From positions 37,589 to 101,588 of the forward strand of contig JAUCBJ010000100.1 in the NCBI GenBank assembly GCA_032718475.1: DNA of 64,000 nucleotides, read 5' to 3'. A model generated the notes under the pieces. It had not been told where the DNA came from. It saw only the letters and a list, made by a program, of their open reading frames with translations, and did no database searches. The position numbers and the translations under genes are program-made. The stretch is from Nemertoderma westbladi. Its lineage: Eukaryota; Animalia; Xenacoelomorpha. How positions within the stretch are numbered: position 1 is the first letter of the stretch; each line of letters begins with the position of its first letter. Shown here piece by piece: positions 52,491 through 64,000 of this stretch.

Positions 52491-52794
52491 CGTCCTGGGG
52501 GGGGGGGGGGGGGGGCGTGGTCGGTCATGGCGGGCCGTGGGTTTCGGCGATGGGGCGGGTTTGCGTGGGGTCGGGCTGGGAGACTATTAAAAACAGTATT
52601 CTGCAGCCTACCTAACTACAGAATGTGCAGCTAGGCCTACATTGTTTGAGTTTGTTACCTAGGTTACGTCAGCTGGTGGTGGGATAATGTTTGGTGCAAT
52701 TATTTTGAAAGTTTTTAAGGTTAATTAATAATTAAAAAAAAATTGATCTTCCTTCCAAAAATCAATCTTCCAAAAATGCGGATAATAAAATATT

Positions 52795-52925
52795 TATTCA
52801 ATCAGCGATCTAGAAGTTTATTCTGTTATCCAATCAACGATCCAAAAGTTTATTCTGTTATCCAATCAATGACCTAGAAGTTTATTCTGTTATCCAATCA
52901 ATGATCTAGAAGTTTATTCTGTTCA
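52795..52925. repeat. Short ~32-bp tandem repeat, ~4 copies
   Basis: tccaatcaatgatctagaagtttattctgtta units. Confidence 0.8.
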
Positions 52926-53444
52926 TTTCACATTAATTGTTCTAGATCAGTAAACAATGGTAATTATAAATAAATTTTGCATTAAAATGTTTAGTTGTAG
53001 GAAACTATAAAAAATAGTAAAAGCATAGTAAAAAAAGGGACTAATATATTGGTAAATATATTATATATTGTCTAGTCCCAAGGGCGTACGCAGGAATTTT
53101 TCAAGGGGGTGGTACATACAAAAAATTTAACTAAAAATATTACTGTATATTTCAGACAAACGAATTAATATTATATTAATAATGATATAGGGCAAATAAA
53201 TAGGGCAAATATAGGGCAAATATAGGGCAAATAAATATAATTAAGAAATATTGAAATTAAGAATAAATGTATAGGCTAAGAAAAAGCAAATAAACCTTTA
53301 GAAATAGGTATTAAAACGAAACTTTCAGGGTATCACACATGCATACTCAAAAATACACACCTGCGTTTGTTTAATAATTATAATAAATAATAAATAAAAA
53401 AGGAAAATATGTTGACCCAGTACTGTACAGTGCCGGTACATTCT

Positions 53445-55458
53445 CGGCACCTTCACACCAAAACCCTTAAGTACATTTTTTGACTTTTCGAGATAATCTC
53501 GTTTAAAGTTTTTGGACTTTAAACAGCTGGCATTTGGTTGAAATTTAATTTGATGAGTTATAATTTTGTGTACCTTTACAAATTATTGTACATATATATT
53601 TGTGCCAAAACATTTTTTTAAATTTATTCCTTACTTTTCATATAAATTGACTTACACGGTTTTGGTATGGTAGAAAAGAAAACAATTGTGATTTTTGATG
53701 CATCACCATCAATACCAAGTAACGTCATGATTCCCATTTCAAACTACAGTAACTAATTTGCCCACACCAAAACCAACATTACAAACCAACAAAAACTAAC
53801 ATTTAACTTTCCAATCAGTTACCTTTCCCATGCCAAAACCAAGTAACTGACAAGTAAGTTCCTTCGCCAAAACCCAGTAACTCTGACTTCCTTCGCCAAC
53901 GGTTAGCGAAAACAGAGAGGCAACATTCTAGAATATAATGTTCTAGAACATTTAATTATTTCTCTACGTCTGTTGCGTTGCCGGAGTTACTGGGTTTTGG
54001 TTTGGCATAGTATCTGCATTCGGGAAATCCCGCGTCAAAACCCAGTATCTCAAACTGCTAGAAACCCAGTAACTCTGTTTACTGGGTTTTGACGTGGTAT
54101 AAATCTGACATTGACAATATACATACTGGGTTTTGACTTGGACAATTTGTCTTTCGGAAACGATACTCGATTTTGTTCAGAAAATACCACGTGAAAACCC
54201 AGTAAAGAATTTTGCTCGAAACCCAGTAAGTGCAGTTACTGGGTTTTTGAGCACATACTGGGTTTTTATTGAGTAACTTTTTCAAAATAACACCAGAAAG
54301 GATAAACGAAACCCAGTATTCGTTTCGACGTGGTATTTGCTCTAAATTAGCTAATTAGTTAATTAATGAATTGTTAATACTGCGAAATCGAAATTATATT
54401 TCATATTCTTTGCTGATGACTTAGTTATTTATTCAACCGAAAAACAACACATACAATATGCTTTACTTCTACTAGATGAATGGTGCCAACACAATAATAT
54501 GGATTTAAACCTAAGTAAAACTAAAATTATAAAATTCCGACGAGGAGGGAGATTAGCCAATACAGATATATTCACCTACCGCAACGTAAATGTCGAAATC
54601 ACTAACAAGTACAACTACCTGGGAATAACACTACAACCAAGAAAAAAACAAGAAACAAAACGCCTACACAATAATTGGATGTCTACGGAATCTTAATTTG
54701 GTCTCTATGGAAACTGGTATTAAAATTTTCAACATTAAATTATATCCCGCCGTAACCTATGCCTTCTCTGAAATCGCTAGCCATCTTAAACCCTCAAACC
54801 TTATCGAATTGGACAAAATCAAATCGACCTTCACAAATTAACCATCTGCAAAACATTTACAGAAGACATTGCCGAAAAACACCCAACCTACTTCAACCCA
54901 ATAGTCCTAGAACAATACCGTCAAATACGAGCTGATAAAGAACTGAAATTTTACGAGCAATACTACAATCTAGGACCCGCATTCGCCTCTAACTACTGGA
55001 AAAGAGCCAATCAAACAAACCGAAACATCGCCACCAGACTAACGGCGCACGGATTTCATCACAAACTCTGCCAGACTCATACACCATTTCACCCACTGTC
55101 ACCCGATTGTGTCTGCATGTACTGTAAAGGTAGCTCAGAATACAGGTATCACATCTTGAACTGCCCAAATTCCCCACCATTAACTAGTATTTTATAAACT
55201 TTTTACTAAATAATTATTTATTGTTGCTTTTACTGATAGTGTAAACTGGGAAACATAAAGATGTTTATTAATAAATTTGGATTGCCCCGACTGGGGGCGC
55301 ACTTTTGAAAAAAAAAAAAAAAAAAATACTGCGAAATCGGTTAATGTTATGGTTTCGAAACTGAGTCAGATGAATTCTACGACCCCAAAAACCCAAAAAA
55401 TCTAAAAAAATTGATTTTGAAAAAATTGACATTACTGGGTTTTGGTTTGGAGCTGCCG
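53445..55458. mobile_element. Non-autonomous DNA element with imperfect 22-bp TIRs and many AAACCCAGTA motifs in both orientations
   Basis: cggcaccttcacaccaaaaccc versus gggttttggtttggagctgccg; contains the LINE insertion below. Confidence 0.45.
54391..55324 (+). mobile_element. 5'-truncated non-LTR retrotransposon with poly(A) tail and 15-bp TSD
   Basis: FFADDLVI...LNLSKTKIIKFRRGG...YNYLG RT motifs, poly(A) at ~55308-55326, and TSD AATACTGCGAAATCG at 54376-54390 and 55325-55339. Confidence 0.9.
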
Positions 55459-56433
55459 TCCTGTATACTGCTAAATCAAGTAGCCTGAAATTTTATAGAA
55501 CTTACTAAATCAACATTGTTCTGTTCAGTAAATGTTAAAATCTAATTAGCAATTATCTATTAATTGAATCATTTAAATTGAACATTGGTAAATCAATTAG
55601 ACATAAAAATTACAATAAATGAAGAGGCATTTTCTTAGCCTTGTGACTACTGAACTCACGTGAATGATTTCAGATAAATCTAATTAAAAATAAATGTAAA
55701 TGTGTGTCACACAGAAATATATTTCAAAATAACTTTCAAAAGTGGGAAACAGTGAAAATTTACTATTTATTACATGGAAATGGGACGTTGCTTTATTTTA
55801 ACTCCACTTTTTTTTGCTAATTTTGCTTTAAACATTTTTTTTTAAACAAAGCAAGGACCAATCAGAAACGAGGACAAGCAGTACTGTATATAAGGAACTG
55901 TAGTGTTGGGACCGTATGGTGTTTGCGAATACACCACTTTCAAACCCCTTGCTATTTCCGCAATTTAATAAATAAGTAAATTGAGATTGAGCTGTGAATG
56001 CAAATAAAATTAGTGGGAATGTTGGTCTCGGCAAATGGAATTTTTATGTTATGTGGAGAGACAATAGTGGTACTTTAAATGCTGTGGTACTTAATTAATG
56101 TTTTTTTTATCATAAAGTAGAAGCCGATGTTTATTTAGCGAAGAACAGGGTGTCTGAATGGAAATTCTCGTCAGATATTATTAAACCATTTCCATTAATT
56201 ACGGTAGCAAACCTTTCGTAATGCTATTCATATATCCATATGGGAATATTTATGATGTTTCAAATTCAAATATATATAGGCCTATATGAATATGATCTCA
56301 ATGCGTCTATTCTTAATTTCCACTGGTGCGCCGCGCCGATGGTTGCTCTTATTGTTAATATTCTGGCGCAATCCCTGATTTTATATATGTTATATTACAT
56401 TATGATAATGCTCTCCATAGCGAGAAATATCAA

Positions 56434-56530
56434 CCGCCCCTATTGGGGCTCGAACCCGGTACCTAGGTTTCAAACTTCCGGTTATCATCAGCCGAGTGTG
56501 TATCCTAAGACCACTGAGCTACCAGGGCGG
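56434..56530 (-). mobile_element. tRNA-like SINE head or tRNA pseudogene
   Basis: A box TAGCTCAGTGG, B box GGTTCGAGCC and complementary ends CCGCCC/GGGCGG, but no clean anticodon arm. Confidence 0.45.
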
Positions 56531-57264
56531 TAGAAGATTTGTTCGCTATAGAGTGGGCTATCATATTTAGGCCTTTTTCAGTCACTCATAGGAAAGTACA
56601 ACGTCCCTGCTACAATCCCTGATTTTGAACACATCATACGATTCTAACAATGGTCTTGTCGCTAAAGTCTCAAAAATGTAAAAACAAAATGAATCCTGAT
56701 AATGCAGTCCAAGACTCAAAGACCCATGTCTTTTGCAAATAACAGTTGAAATTTGTCAAATAATATAGTGTACAACCATCCATTGCATTCCATGGACTTT
56801 GACTATTCTTTTACATATTTGCCTTTTAAAGTCAAATCAAGCAGCACCGAATAGCCACCCACCATTTGACCCTTACCCATATCCTCTTCCTAACGTCTGG
56901 TCTGGCTATGGCATTCAGTGCTTTTGCTACTGTATTATTGCCAAACTGCTCTCCATACAGTATCTCCAAGTGTTCCGCTGCGCTCAGGCGCTGGCCTGAT
57001 GACCGACCGTACAGCTGTCCTTTTGAAATCCTGAGCGGTACGTTGCATAGCTACGGCTATTAAATCGCGTGAGCGGATGTCCACCGATGCTGACGGTGGC
57101 ACGGCGAAGCCTCAGGGAATAATATGTTTATGAAAATATCTTTGTAATCGTCCAACATGATATGTCTAGGCTAGGGTTATCCGATATCCATCACGATCGG
57201 CGTGGTTATGATTTCAGCTTCAGTTACGTCGCACAATAATTAATTGCTATTATCTTACAGGGTA

Positions 57265-57917
57265 ACTTCTCGAAGGCCACACGGAAATTCAACTTGGAAA
57301 ATTTCTAAACTTTGGCCAGACTACATGTGTACCAAGTTTAGTTAAATTTCATTAACATTTGGCTGAGTTATTAACGTTTAAAATTGGACACGACAGAACA
57401 ACAGACACACCGATTGAGTTAGTGGTACCTGTATGCTAAGCTCGCTTACTTTCGTCGCTCGCCCCACAACCAATCTGTAACTCTATTAGTACTACTGTAT
57501 TAGACCTCAGCGCAGCATTTGATACTGTCGACCATACTAGATTACTTCACCTCTTAAATAATAAATGCGGTATTTGTGGCACATGTTATGACTGGATTAA
57601 ATCCTTTCTATCTGGACGCACACAGAGTTTGTATCCTATGTCATGATTATGTCCAGATAATTTTAGATAAATAATTTGATAATAACTGCAAGACAGTTAC
57701 ACTCTGGTGCTGAACAAAGGCCCCATGCAAATTCTGCTTGGAAAATATCTAAACTTTTGACAGACTATTTGCTGATTTGTGTGCCAAGTTTGGTTAAATT
57801 TCATCGAGGATTGATCTAGTTATTAATGCTCAAATATTGAACACGACAGACTAGGTCAGCAGGTTGATTAATGGTATCCCTACGCTAAGGCTAACCTTAC
57901 TTCGTGGCTCGCCCCAC
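57265..57917 (+). mobile_element. Two tandem Helentron/HINE-like repeats flanking an L2 RT fragment (57497-57628)
   Basis: Repeated cttggaaaat..ctaaactt...ccaagttt.gttaaatttcat...acacgacaga...ttcgt.gctcgccccaca; the middle reads LDLSAAFDTVDH.RLL...WIKSFLSGRTQ. Confidence 0.6.
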
Positions 57918-58028
57918 AGTTTATAAATATTACCTGTTGACGACAGTGGAATAAGTCCCTCCTAGCAGCCTAGTGCAGTAGTGCAGTGCTAGCATAGTTA
58001 AGTAGTTGTTCAAATTGTTAATAAAGAA

Positions 58029-58871
58029 ATGGCTCTTTACGAACGGTCTGTAGCCATGGCAACTGATCCGCCATTTGAAGTGACTTGGTTGAACAACCAT
58101 TATCTTGAGAAAGTCAAAGACAAAGACAGTGCTTACGGGTCTGTTATTCATCTCAAAAGCGTGTGCTGGCTGCATATCCGGGGTTGTTTACCGAAGGTGA
58201 GGTCTGGCCGGTACCAGGTAGTATGGCGACTGAGGTTCGGCAAGAATCCCAGTTTAACACATAATATGGAAACAAACATACAGTGTTTTATACAAGAGGA
58301 TGCCACTAGCCAGATACATTCATCGTCGCTAGATTATAACTCCTGGAAAAGCCTCGACGATAGGTTTAAGTCGCGATGGTTTCGTTTGGTTGCCGGTGAG
58401 GTTTGTGTTTACGGTTGCGACAAAGACGTTACCGTCGACTTCCGAGACCTTTCTTCCTGGTGGAAAGGCGGTATTTATTGGGATATTGTGCAGCTGAAAC
58501 CATTACCGTTGTCTCTAAAGGAACTGTGTCGGGGTTGTATTCGCAGTTCGCTTGGTGTTGGAACTAAATCATTCCCGGTACCGGAATCAACCTACTCAGC
58601 ACTTTATTTACCTCGGCCGTTGGTCGATTATCTATGCGGTGCTGCGGAAGGATTGGATCCCATTGTGTCCTTGTTTAACGGCCAGGGGGTTTTATACCCC
58701 GGAACAATCAGAGGTACACCTGAGGGGAATTTGGACATGGACAGTGGTAGTAGTACCGGTACCAGTAGTTCCAGTAATAGTGACATTGGTAGTAGTACCA
58801 GTAGTTCTAGTAATAGCAACACCTCTGGGACGGAAATACAGGATGAAATTCGTACGTGTCATATAACGTAA
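58029..58871 (+). CDS. PP2/Nictaba lectin-like domain plus C-terminal SOCS box protein (280 aa, uninterrupted CDS)
   Basis: PP2-like motifs VTWLNNHY, LKSVCWLHIRG, YQVVWRL, WFRLVAGE and WKGGIYWDIVQL. SOCS box: PLSLKELCRGCIRSSL (BC box) and LYLPRPLVDYL (Cul5 box). Ser-rich tail. Confidence 0.8.
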   Translation: MALYERSVAMATDPPFEVTWLNNHYLEKVKDKDSAYGSVIHLKSVCWLHIRGCLPKVRSGRYQVVWRLRFGKNPSLTHNMETNIQCFIQEDATSQIHSSSLDYNSWKSLDDRFKSRWFRLVAGEVCVYGCDKDVTVDFRDLSSWWKGGIYWDIVQLKPLPLSLKELCRGCIRSSLGVGTKSFPVPESTYSALYLPRPLVDYLCGAAEGLDPIVSLFNGQGVLYPGTIRGTPEGNLDMDSGSSTGTSSSSNSDIGSSTSSSSNSNTSGTEIQDEIRTCHIT

Positions 58872-59062
58872 CAACTAAATAGATTACTTACTTATAAATA
58901 ATATAATTAACTATTTAATAATTTTATTATTATATATTAACTCAGAATATGACAGAACTAATAGAAAATAGTAACCCTGAATAGTTTTAAATACAGTTAT
59001 TCATTAATTATGGTAACATTTTTTATTCGTTTCGCAATATTACAATTTTTTGAATAAAACTA

Positions 59063-59175
59063 TCAAGCAAAGCAAACAGGCGGCCGAAGCCGGAGGCAAC
59101 CCGAAGGCTGGAAGGCTCCTCTTTCGATAGCTGCTACCCGAGGGTAGGGGTGGGCGCTACTCCTATCCCAAGATT
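59063..59175 (-). mobile_element. 3' fragment of a SINE-like repeat
   Basis: Minus strand ataggagtagcgcccacccctaccctcgggtagcagctatcgaaa...ccttcgggttgcc...tgtttgcttt is shared with 7180-7305 and partly with 34440-34500. Confidence 0.55.
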
Positions 59176-59604
59176 TGCTCCCAGTTATTTAACTAGGAAA
59201 TTATTTAACTGGTACTCTACAACATAAATCAATACAATGTATATGCAATATAATGCAATACAATATATATGAATAAAACTATACTCAATAAATAATTTTA
59301 TTTATTAGCTTTTACGTAACGCTATGAAGTGATATTTATGAATAATGACATACAGATTTATAATAATTTTAATATTTGCTATAATTACATACCGGTATAG
59401 GTTTAAATGAGTTAGAATTGGCTATATTACGGTTTAAATAGTTGAAAAATTCAAAATTTACATGGCAATATAATTATGATTTATTAAACATGAAATTATT
59501 AATCAATTTACATATTTATTATTAATCTTAATTACATACCGGTATAAATAGGTACCGGTTTAATAATCATATTACGGTAGTATTTTATATATATATATAT
59601 AATA

Positions 59605-60099
59605 TAATCCCCTCTCACGCATTCCTTCTCTCCTGCTCAGGCTCACCAGTGACTCAGCGAGGTGACGGATCAAAATCTGTGCCTCATCGCACCAAACCCC
59701 ATCTGTTGTTCCGACGAGGGGGGTGAGCTCCATCCGACGGGCTTCGCAGATCGAACGGTAATGGTCCTTTACACCGCAGCGAGCTTTGAGGATTGATGTG
59801 GTGGACCGGTTGGTCTGTGAATACGATGTGGCGTCAGCGTTAATTAACGCAACGTCAAAAGACGCCACATGTTGGTTTGACCAAATAACCCGAGCCACCA
59901 GATCTGCCCGGACACCTCCAACTTCTAGGCCCTCGCGATCCATATGAACCCGTGAGAGTGTCACCTCTCACTCAACACAGGAAGGACTAACCACCCCAGG
60001 CATTAGTTGGCCAAAGACTTCACGAACCTCGTCGTGTCGTTTTTTAATAAGCCAGCCAGTTTTACAGCTCAATGGGAGGTTGTAAAGACACCCCCACAC
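59605..60099 (-). mobile_element. CRE-clade non-LTR remnant (RLE region), interrupted at 60100 by an LTR
   Basis: LSCKTG.LIKKRHDEVREVFGQL, RADLVARVIWSNQHVASFDV, LTPLVGTTDG; homologous to 51800-52490. Confidence 0.8.
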
Positions 60100-60741
60100 T
60101 GTGACGGGACCTTCGAGTTGGCAGTATAGATCCCGACTGGTGTGTGATGTACGCGTCGCCGCGTCCGTGGGCTGCTAGGCTGTTTACCGGATGTATTAGG
60201 CCGAAGGCCGTTCAAAATAACTGGGTTACTGAATAACTAAGTGTTAATAATGACAATAATTGACAATAGCACAGTCTGAATATAATAGCATGCAACACAA
60301 CGTTAGTGACGATGGTCAAAACTATTCCGGTCTCACAACTGTAAGGAAACCAACTAAACTAATAATCAGTAATCACAACGGTTATATTATTGACACATAT
60401 TACATTAGCCCTACACTACAGGGCGGCCTTAATTTCCAATAGATGCGCTCTTGTCCTCCCCAACCAACCTCCCCTGGTGTCCTTCACTATTGGCTTAACC
60501 TGATTAATTCTCACCTCGCCACTCCCTGTTGGCGTTGTCCCTTCGTGCTAGCCTTACTAGCTTGTTTGTCCCTCTGAGGTCTCACCTTTCTCTGTGGCTT
60601 ACGGCGTATGTCGCCCCCCCCCCCCCCCCAGTTGGTTATGAGGTGAGATTATTATTGGTAATCTCACATCGCCAACTATATTGGTGAAATGCCACTAATC
60701 CCATTTTAGGTGGGTAGTCCACGGAATTGAATCCGCTTACA
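60100..60741 (-). repeat. 3' LTR, second member of the 41327 family
   Basis: TGTGACGG...CCGCTTACA, followed by poly-C (PPT) and internal sequence homologous to 41964-42470. Confidence 0.88.
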
Positions 60742-60849
60742 CTCCCCCCCCATGCTATCTTCCCAGTGAGAATATAGCATCAACCTTAAGTGCGCTTCAA
60801 TTCCGCTGGAATCCAATCTAATATTGGATGTGGGGTGGCATTTTCTTCT

Positions 60850-61900
60850 CGGGGTCGGCTTTCCAGGCCAGCCCCCATGGGTCTGTTATCACTACCCATC
60901 CTTGGTACACCTGCGAGCTATGCTGTACCAAGGATCTGGCATCTCTGTTTTAGATGATCGCCCTCACTCCTCACACAATTTTTCCTCACAGACTTTGTTG
61001 TCCCTTCCTCTCTCACCAGTCCCTTGGGACTCATCCTCCTCCATGCTCGCTCCCCACACTTGAATCCCGCCCCTCTTTTCACTCTTAACTGTAGCACCTT
61101 CTCCCCATGCTTCCCCTGATACTCAACCCGCTTTGCTCTCACTCTCCGTACGCTCCTGTCGGGCTCCCACATTCTCATTAGTGTGGCCACACTTGAGAAA
61201 TGGGATCGGTTTAATGTTTCGTCCTCCTGTTCTAGTCAATTAGTCCCCAGTCCCAGTAGCTAATTGGAAAAAGGTTATACTTGACTATAGTACGCATATT
61301 ATTATATATTTAACTTATTTTATTATATTATATGTGATATGACTTGTCTTTCCCCGTCTCGCCCCCCACTTGAGGGAATCCACAAGTCCCACACCGTATT
61401 CCCCTCGTAACTTGTTCCATTCCATCGGCTTGTGGCGCGTGAGTCCCATCAACTGACCCATTGCCACGGCTCCGTATTGTCCCGTGTTGTCCACCAATAA
61501 CAATACCTCTGGTTTCATCATAGCCATGTAGACTACCTGCATGTCCAGAAGATTCAGGGTGCCCGGTCCAATAATCCTCTCTGAGTTGCCGCGTATCGCC
61601 CATCCAATCTCCATCGTAGTCTTTGACCTTACCAGCTTCCACATCGCATCCAGTAGGCGGTTCAACTTTGGCCCGGTCTTCTTACCGTAGGTCGCTAGGT
61701 CAAACAGAACAGAAAAATATCTCCGTTCACCGCCGCTATATGCAGCAATATAGTTCTACTCGACCCTCCTGACCCCTTTCTTGTCCCACCATCATCCTCT
61801 AATGTCTCCACGTCATCTGGGACCATATATCTGCCCCTCTCCACGGAATACGATAAACTCCTCCATAGTTTCCCCCGCATCACGATTCTCCTCCCTCACC
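60850..61900 (-). pseudogene. Deleted and decayed copy of the extra ORF
   Basis: VERGRYMVPDD and VVYMAMMKPE...NTGQYGAVAMGQLMGL..HKPMEWNK...LKWGARRGK align with the copy at 45300-44870. Confidence 0.75.
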
Positions 61901-62116
61901 AGACTGGCGATGCCTTAGAAAGGCTCAGTAGGGCAAGAGGTAACTAAGTATGGTCTTAATTAGTTTAAATCAGTGATGGCTTACCTCCTATCTTGTTCTT
62001 CCTATCATTTTTTACAGATGTTCCCCTCTATGTGCCAATTTACACTAAATTGTATTACTATTTATATTCCCCCCTATCTGTGCTATTATACTATCTGCCA
62101 TCTGATACCCCCCTGC

Positions 62117-62497
62117 TCTCAATTCCTTACGTGGCGCCCTCAGTGCCCACAAGTTTATGGTACTGTGTACCCCTCTACTACGGTATTCGTACATACCCCC
62201 CCCCCTCAATTCCTCACATGGCGCCCTCAGTGCCCACAAGTTTACGGTACTGTGTACCCCTATACTACGGTATGCGTACATACCCCCCTTCAATTCCTCA
62301 CGTGGCGCCCTCAGTGCCCATAAGTTTATGGTACTGTGTACCCTTCCACTATGGTATGCGTACATACCCCCCTCTCAATTCCTCACGTGGCGCCCTCAGT
62401 GCCCACAAGTTTACGGTACTGTGTACCCTTCTACTACAGTATGCGTACATAATCCCCCCTTTAACTCCTCACATGGCGCCCTCAGTGCCCACAAGTA
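62117..62497. repeat. ~85-bp tandem repeat, ~4.5 copies, between pol and the extra ORF
   Basis: aattcctcacrtggcgccctcagtgcccacaagttta.ggtactgtgtaccc units at 62121, 62208, 62292, 62377 and 62463. Confidence 0.9.
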
Positions 62498-62700
62498 GTG
62501 CGTATGTAAATTAGGTACATTGGTACATTATTGTACCCGTCCGACGTATGTAATTGTAACTACCTACACTTGTATATTATGCCTACAGCGTACCTTGGTA
62601 CTAACAACTTATTTTATTATTTTATTTATTTTTATTTGTGGGAAGGGCGTCTCGCCCTCATTCCCACCCCCCTCAGTCCAATATATTGGACGACTCAACT

Positions 62701-64000
62701 CTACGACGACCCTTCCAATAGGCAACACTTTCCTACCGCCCTCCTGTAGGTCTTCCTATCTTTGGCCCCTATCTTTCCTCTGATCCTCCTCACTTCCACG
62801 GATCTAATTTTACCATCTTCGTTGGGGTAGGTTTCTATTACCCTAGCTAGTCTCCAGTGGTTATTGATAATCGTATCATCCGTGACGATTATCAAGTCAC
62901 CCTTCTTTAGCTCCCTTTGGCTATTCCTCCATTTACTCCTCTTGTGTAGTGTTGGAAGGTACTCTTGTATCCACCTTGTCCAATACTCTGCGCTTATCGC
63001 CTTAGCGACCTTCCAGGTTTGACGCGAATGTATATCATCTGGATCCACGCTTCGCATGTCAATCATCACTGGTCTCTCCATGAGTAGGTGTGCTGGTGTT
63101 TGGAGATCCAGTGATTCTGGATCGTCGTTCTCGGGATATAGCAGTCGGCTGTTAATAATCCCCTTGCATTTCGCCAACACTGTCCTCAGTACGTCCTCTG
63201 TGACCATATGATTATTCATCAGTTTGGTCATTAGTCGTTTGGAGCTTCCCACAAGTCGCTCTACACATCCTAGTGTATGTGGCGCGTATGGGGTTCTCCT
63301 TTCCTACCTGATTAGGTGTTTCCTCATTGCCACCTTGACATCTTCGCCCTCTAGGATGTCAAGGGCCTCCGCTAACTCGTTCTCCACGCCCACGAAGTTA
63401 GTCCCGTTATCCGAGTACAATACCTCTACTGTTCCTCCTCTGCGGGTTACAAACCTCTCAAGTGCACTAATAAATGCTGACGCTATGCTGGGCTAGTTAT
63501 ATCCCCACCGCCCTTGTATTATTGCAGACAAAGATAATGCCGTAACGTTTCTCCGTATGCCACATCACCTTTATCTTGATCGGCCCAAACATGTCCATGC
63601 TGCAGTGTGTGAATGGTGGGTCGTGATGCCTCAACCTGTTGGCCGGTAATGGCGCCATCTCCTGTACGGCCCTCTCCTTCTTTGTCCGTCGGCAGGTCTG
63701 GCACTGCCCCACTACCGCCTTCACCATCTTTCTGATTTGGATTACCCAGAATGTCTTCCGGATCTCCGTCAGGGTCTGGTTAGTACCCCCATGTAATATA
63801 GATTTATGGGAATCCCATATGATCTGGTGGACTATTGGTGACTTGTTGGGGATTATTATCAGTTTTGGTGGAATGACGGCGCTGTTGTTGTTTATCACCC
63901 TGGAGTTCATCACCAGGATCCCATCATTGTCCAACTGTGGCGACAACGCGTTGAGCTCGCTGTCTTGTCGAAGACATTGTTGCTTGCTGATTCGGTTTAC
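62701..64000 (-). pseudogene. pol: BEL/Pao Pol integrase region (HHCC, rve core, DUF5641-like C-terminus), frameshifted
   Basis: SHKSILHGG...FWV...CQTC, PFTHCSMDMFGP, SDNGTNFVG, YWTRWIQEYLPTL.KRSKW...GDL...WRLARV...DGKIRSVEV. Confidence 0.9.

Noticed and set aside
56434-56530. Functional tRNA (including tRNA-Sec)
   Set aside because: Anticodon and T stems do not pair properly; more likely a SINE head.

Overview
AT-rich, repeat-dense animal (invertebrate-type) genomic DNA with spliceosomal introns. Host genes: (1) an NK7-class (NKL) homeobox gene on the minus strand, reconstructed by eye from three phase-compatible exons (25645-25507 with an eh1 motif, 14252-14088, and 10962-10764 with the homeodomain); its last exon was not found in the window. 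(2) An intronless DHRS1-like short-chain dehydrogenase. (3) An intronless gene joining a plant/fungal-type PP2 (Nictaba) lectin-like domain to a C-terminal SOCS box, plus a truncated paralog. Most of the rest is about nine different tandem arrays, which produce nearly all of the long ORFs in the ORF track, and transposable elements. These include BEL/Pao gag and integrase, three CRE-clade non-LTR remnants, LINE and SINE fragments, foldback/MITE elements, and an LTR family present twice that carries an unrecognised extra ORF in the env position; one copy keeps only this ORF between its LTRs. The best candidates for novelty are the PP2-SOCS box protein and the extra-ORF BEL/Pao family. All domain calls are motif recognition by eye; no searches were run.
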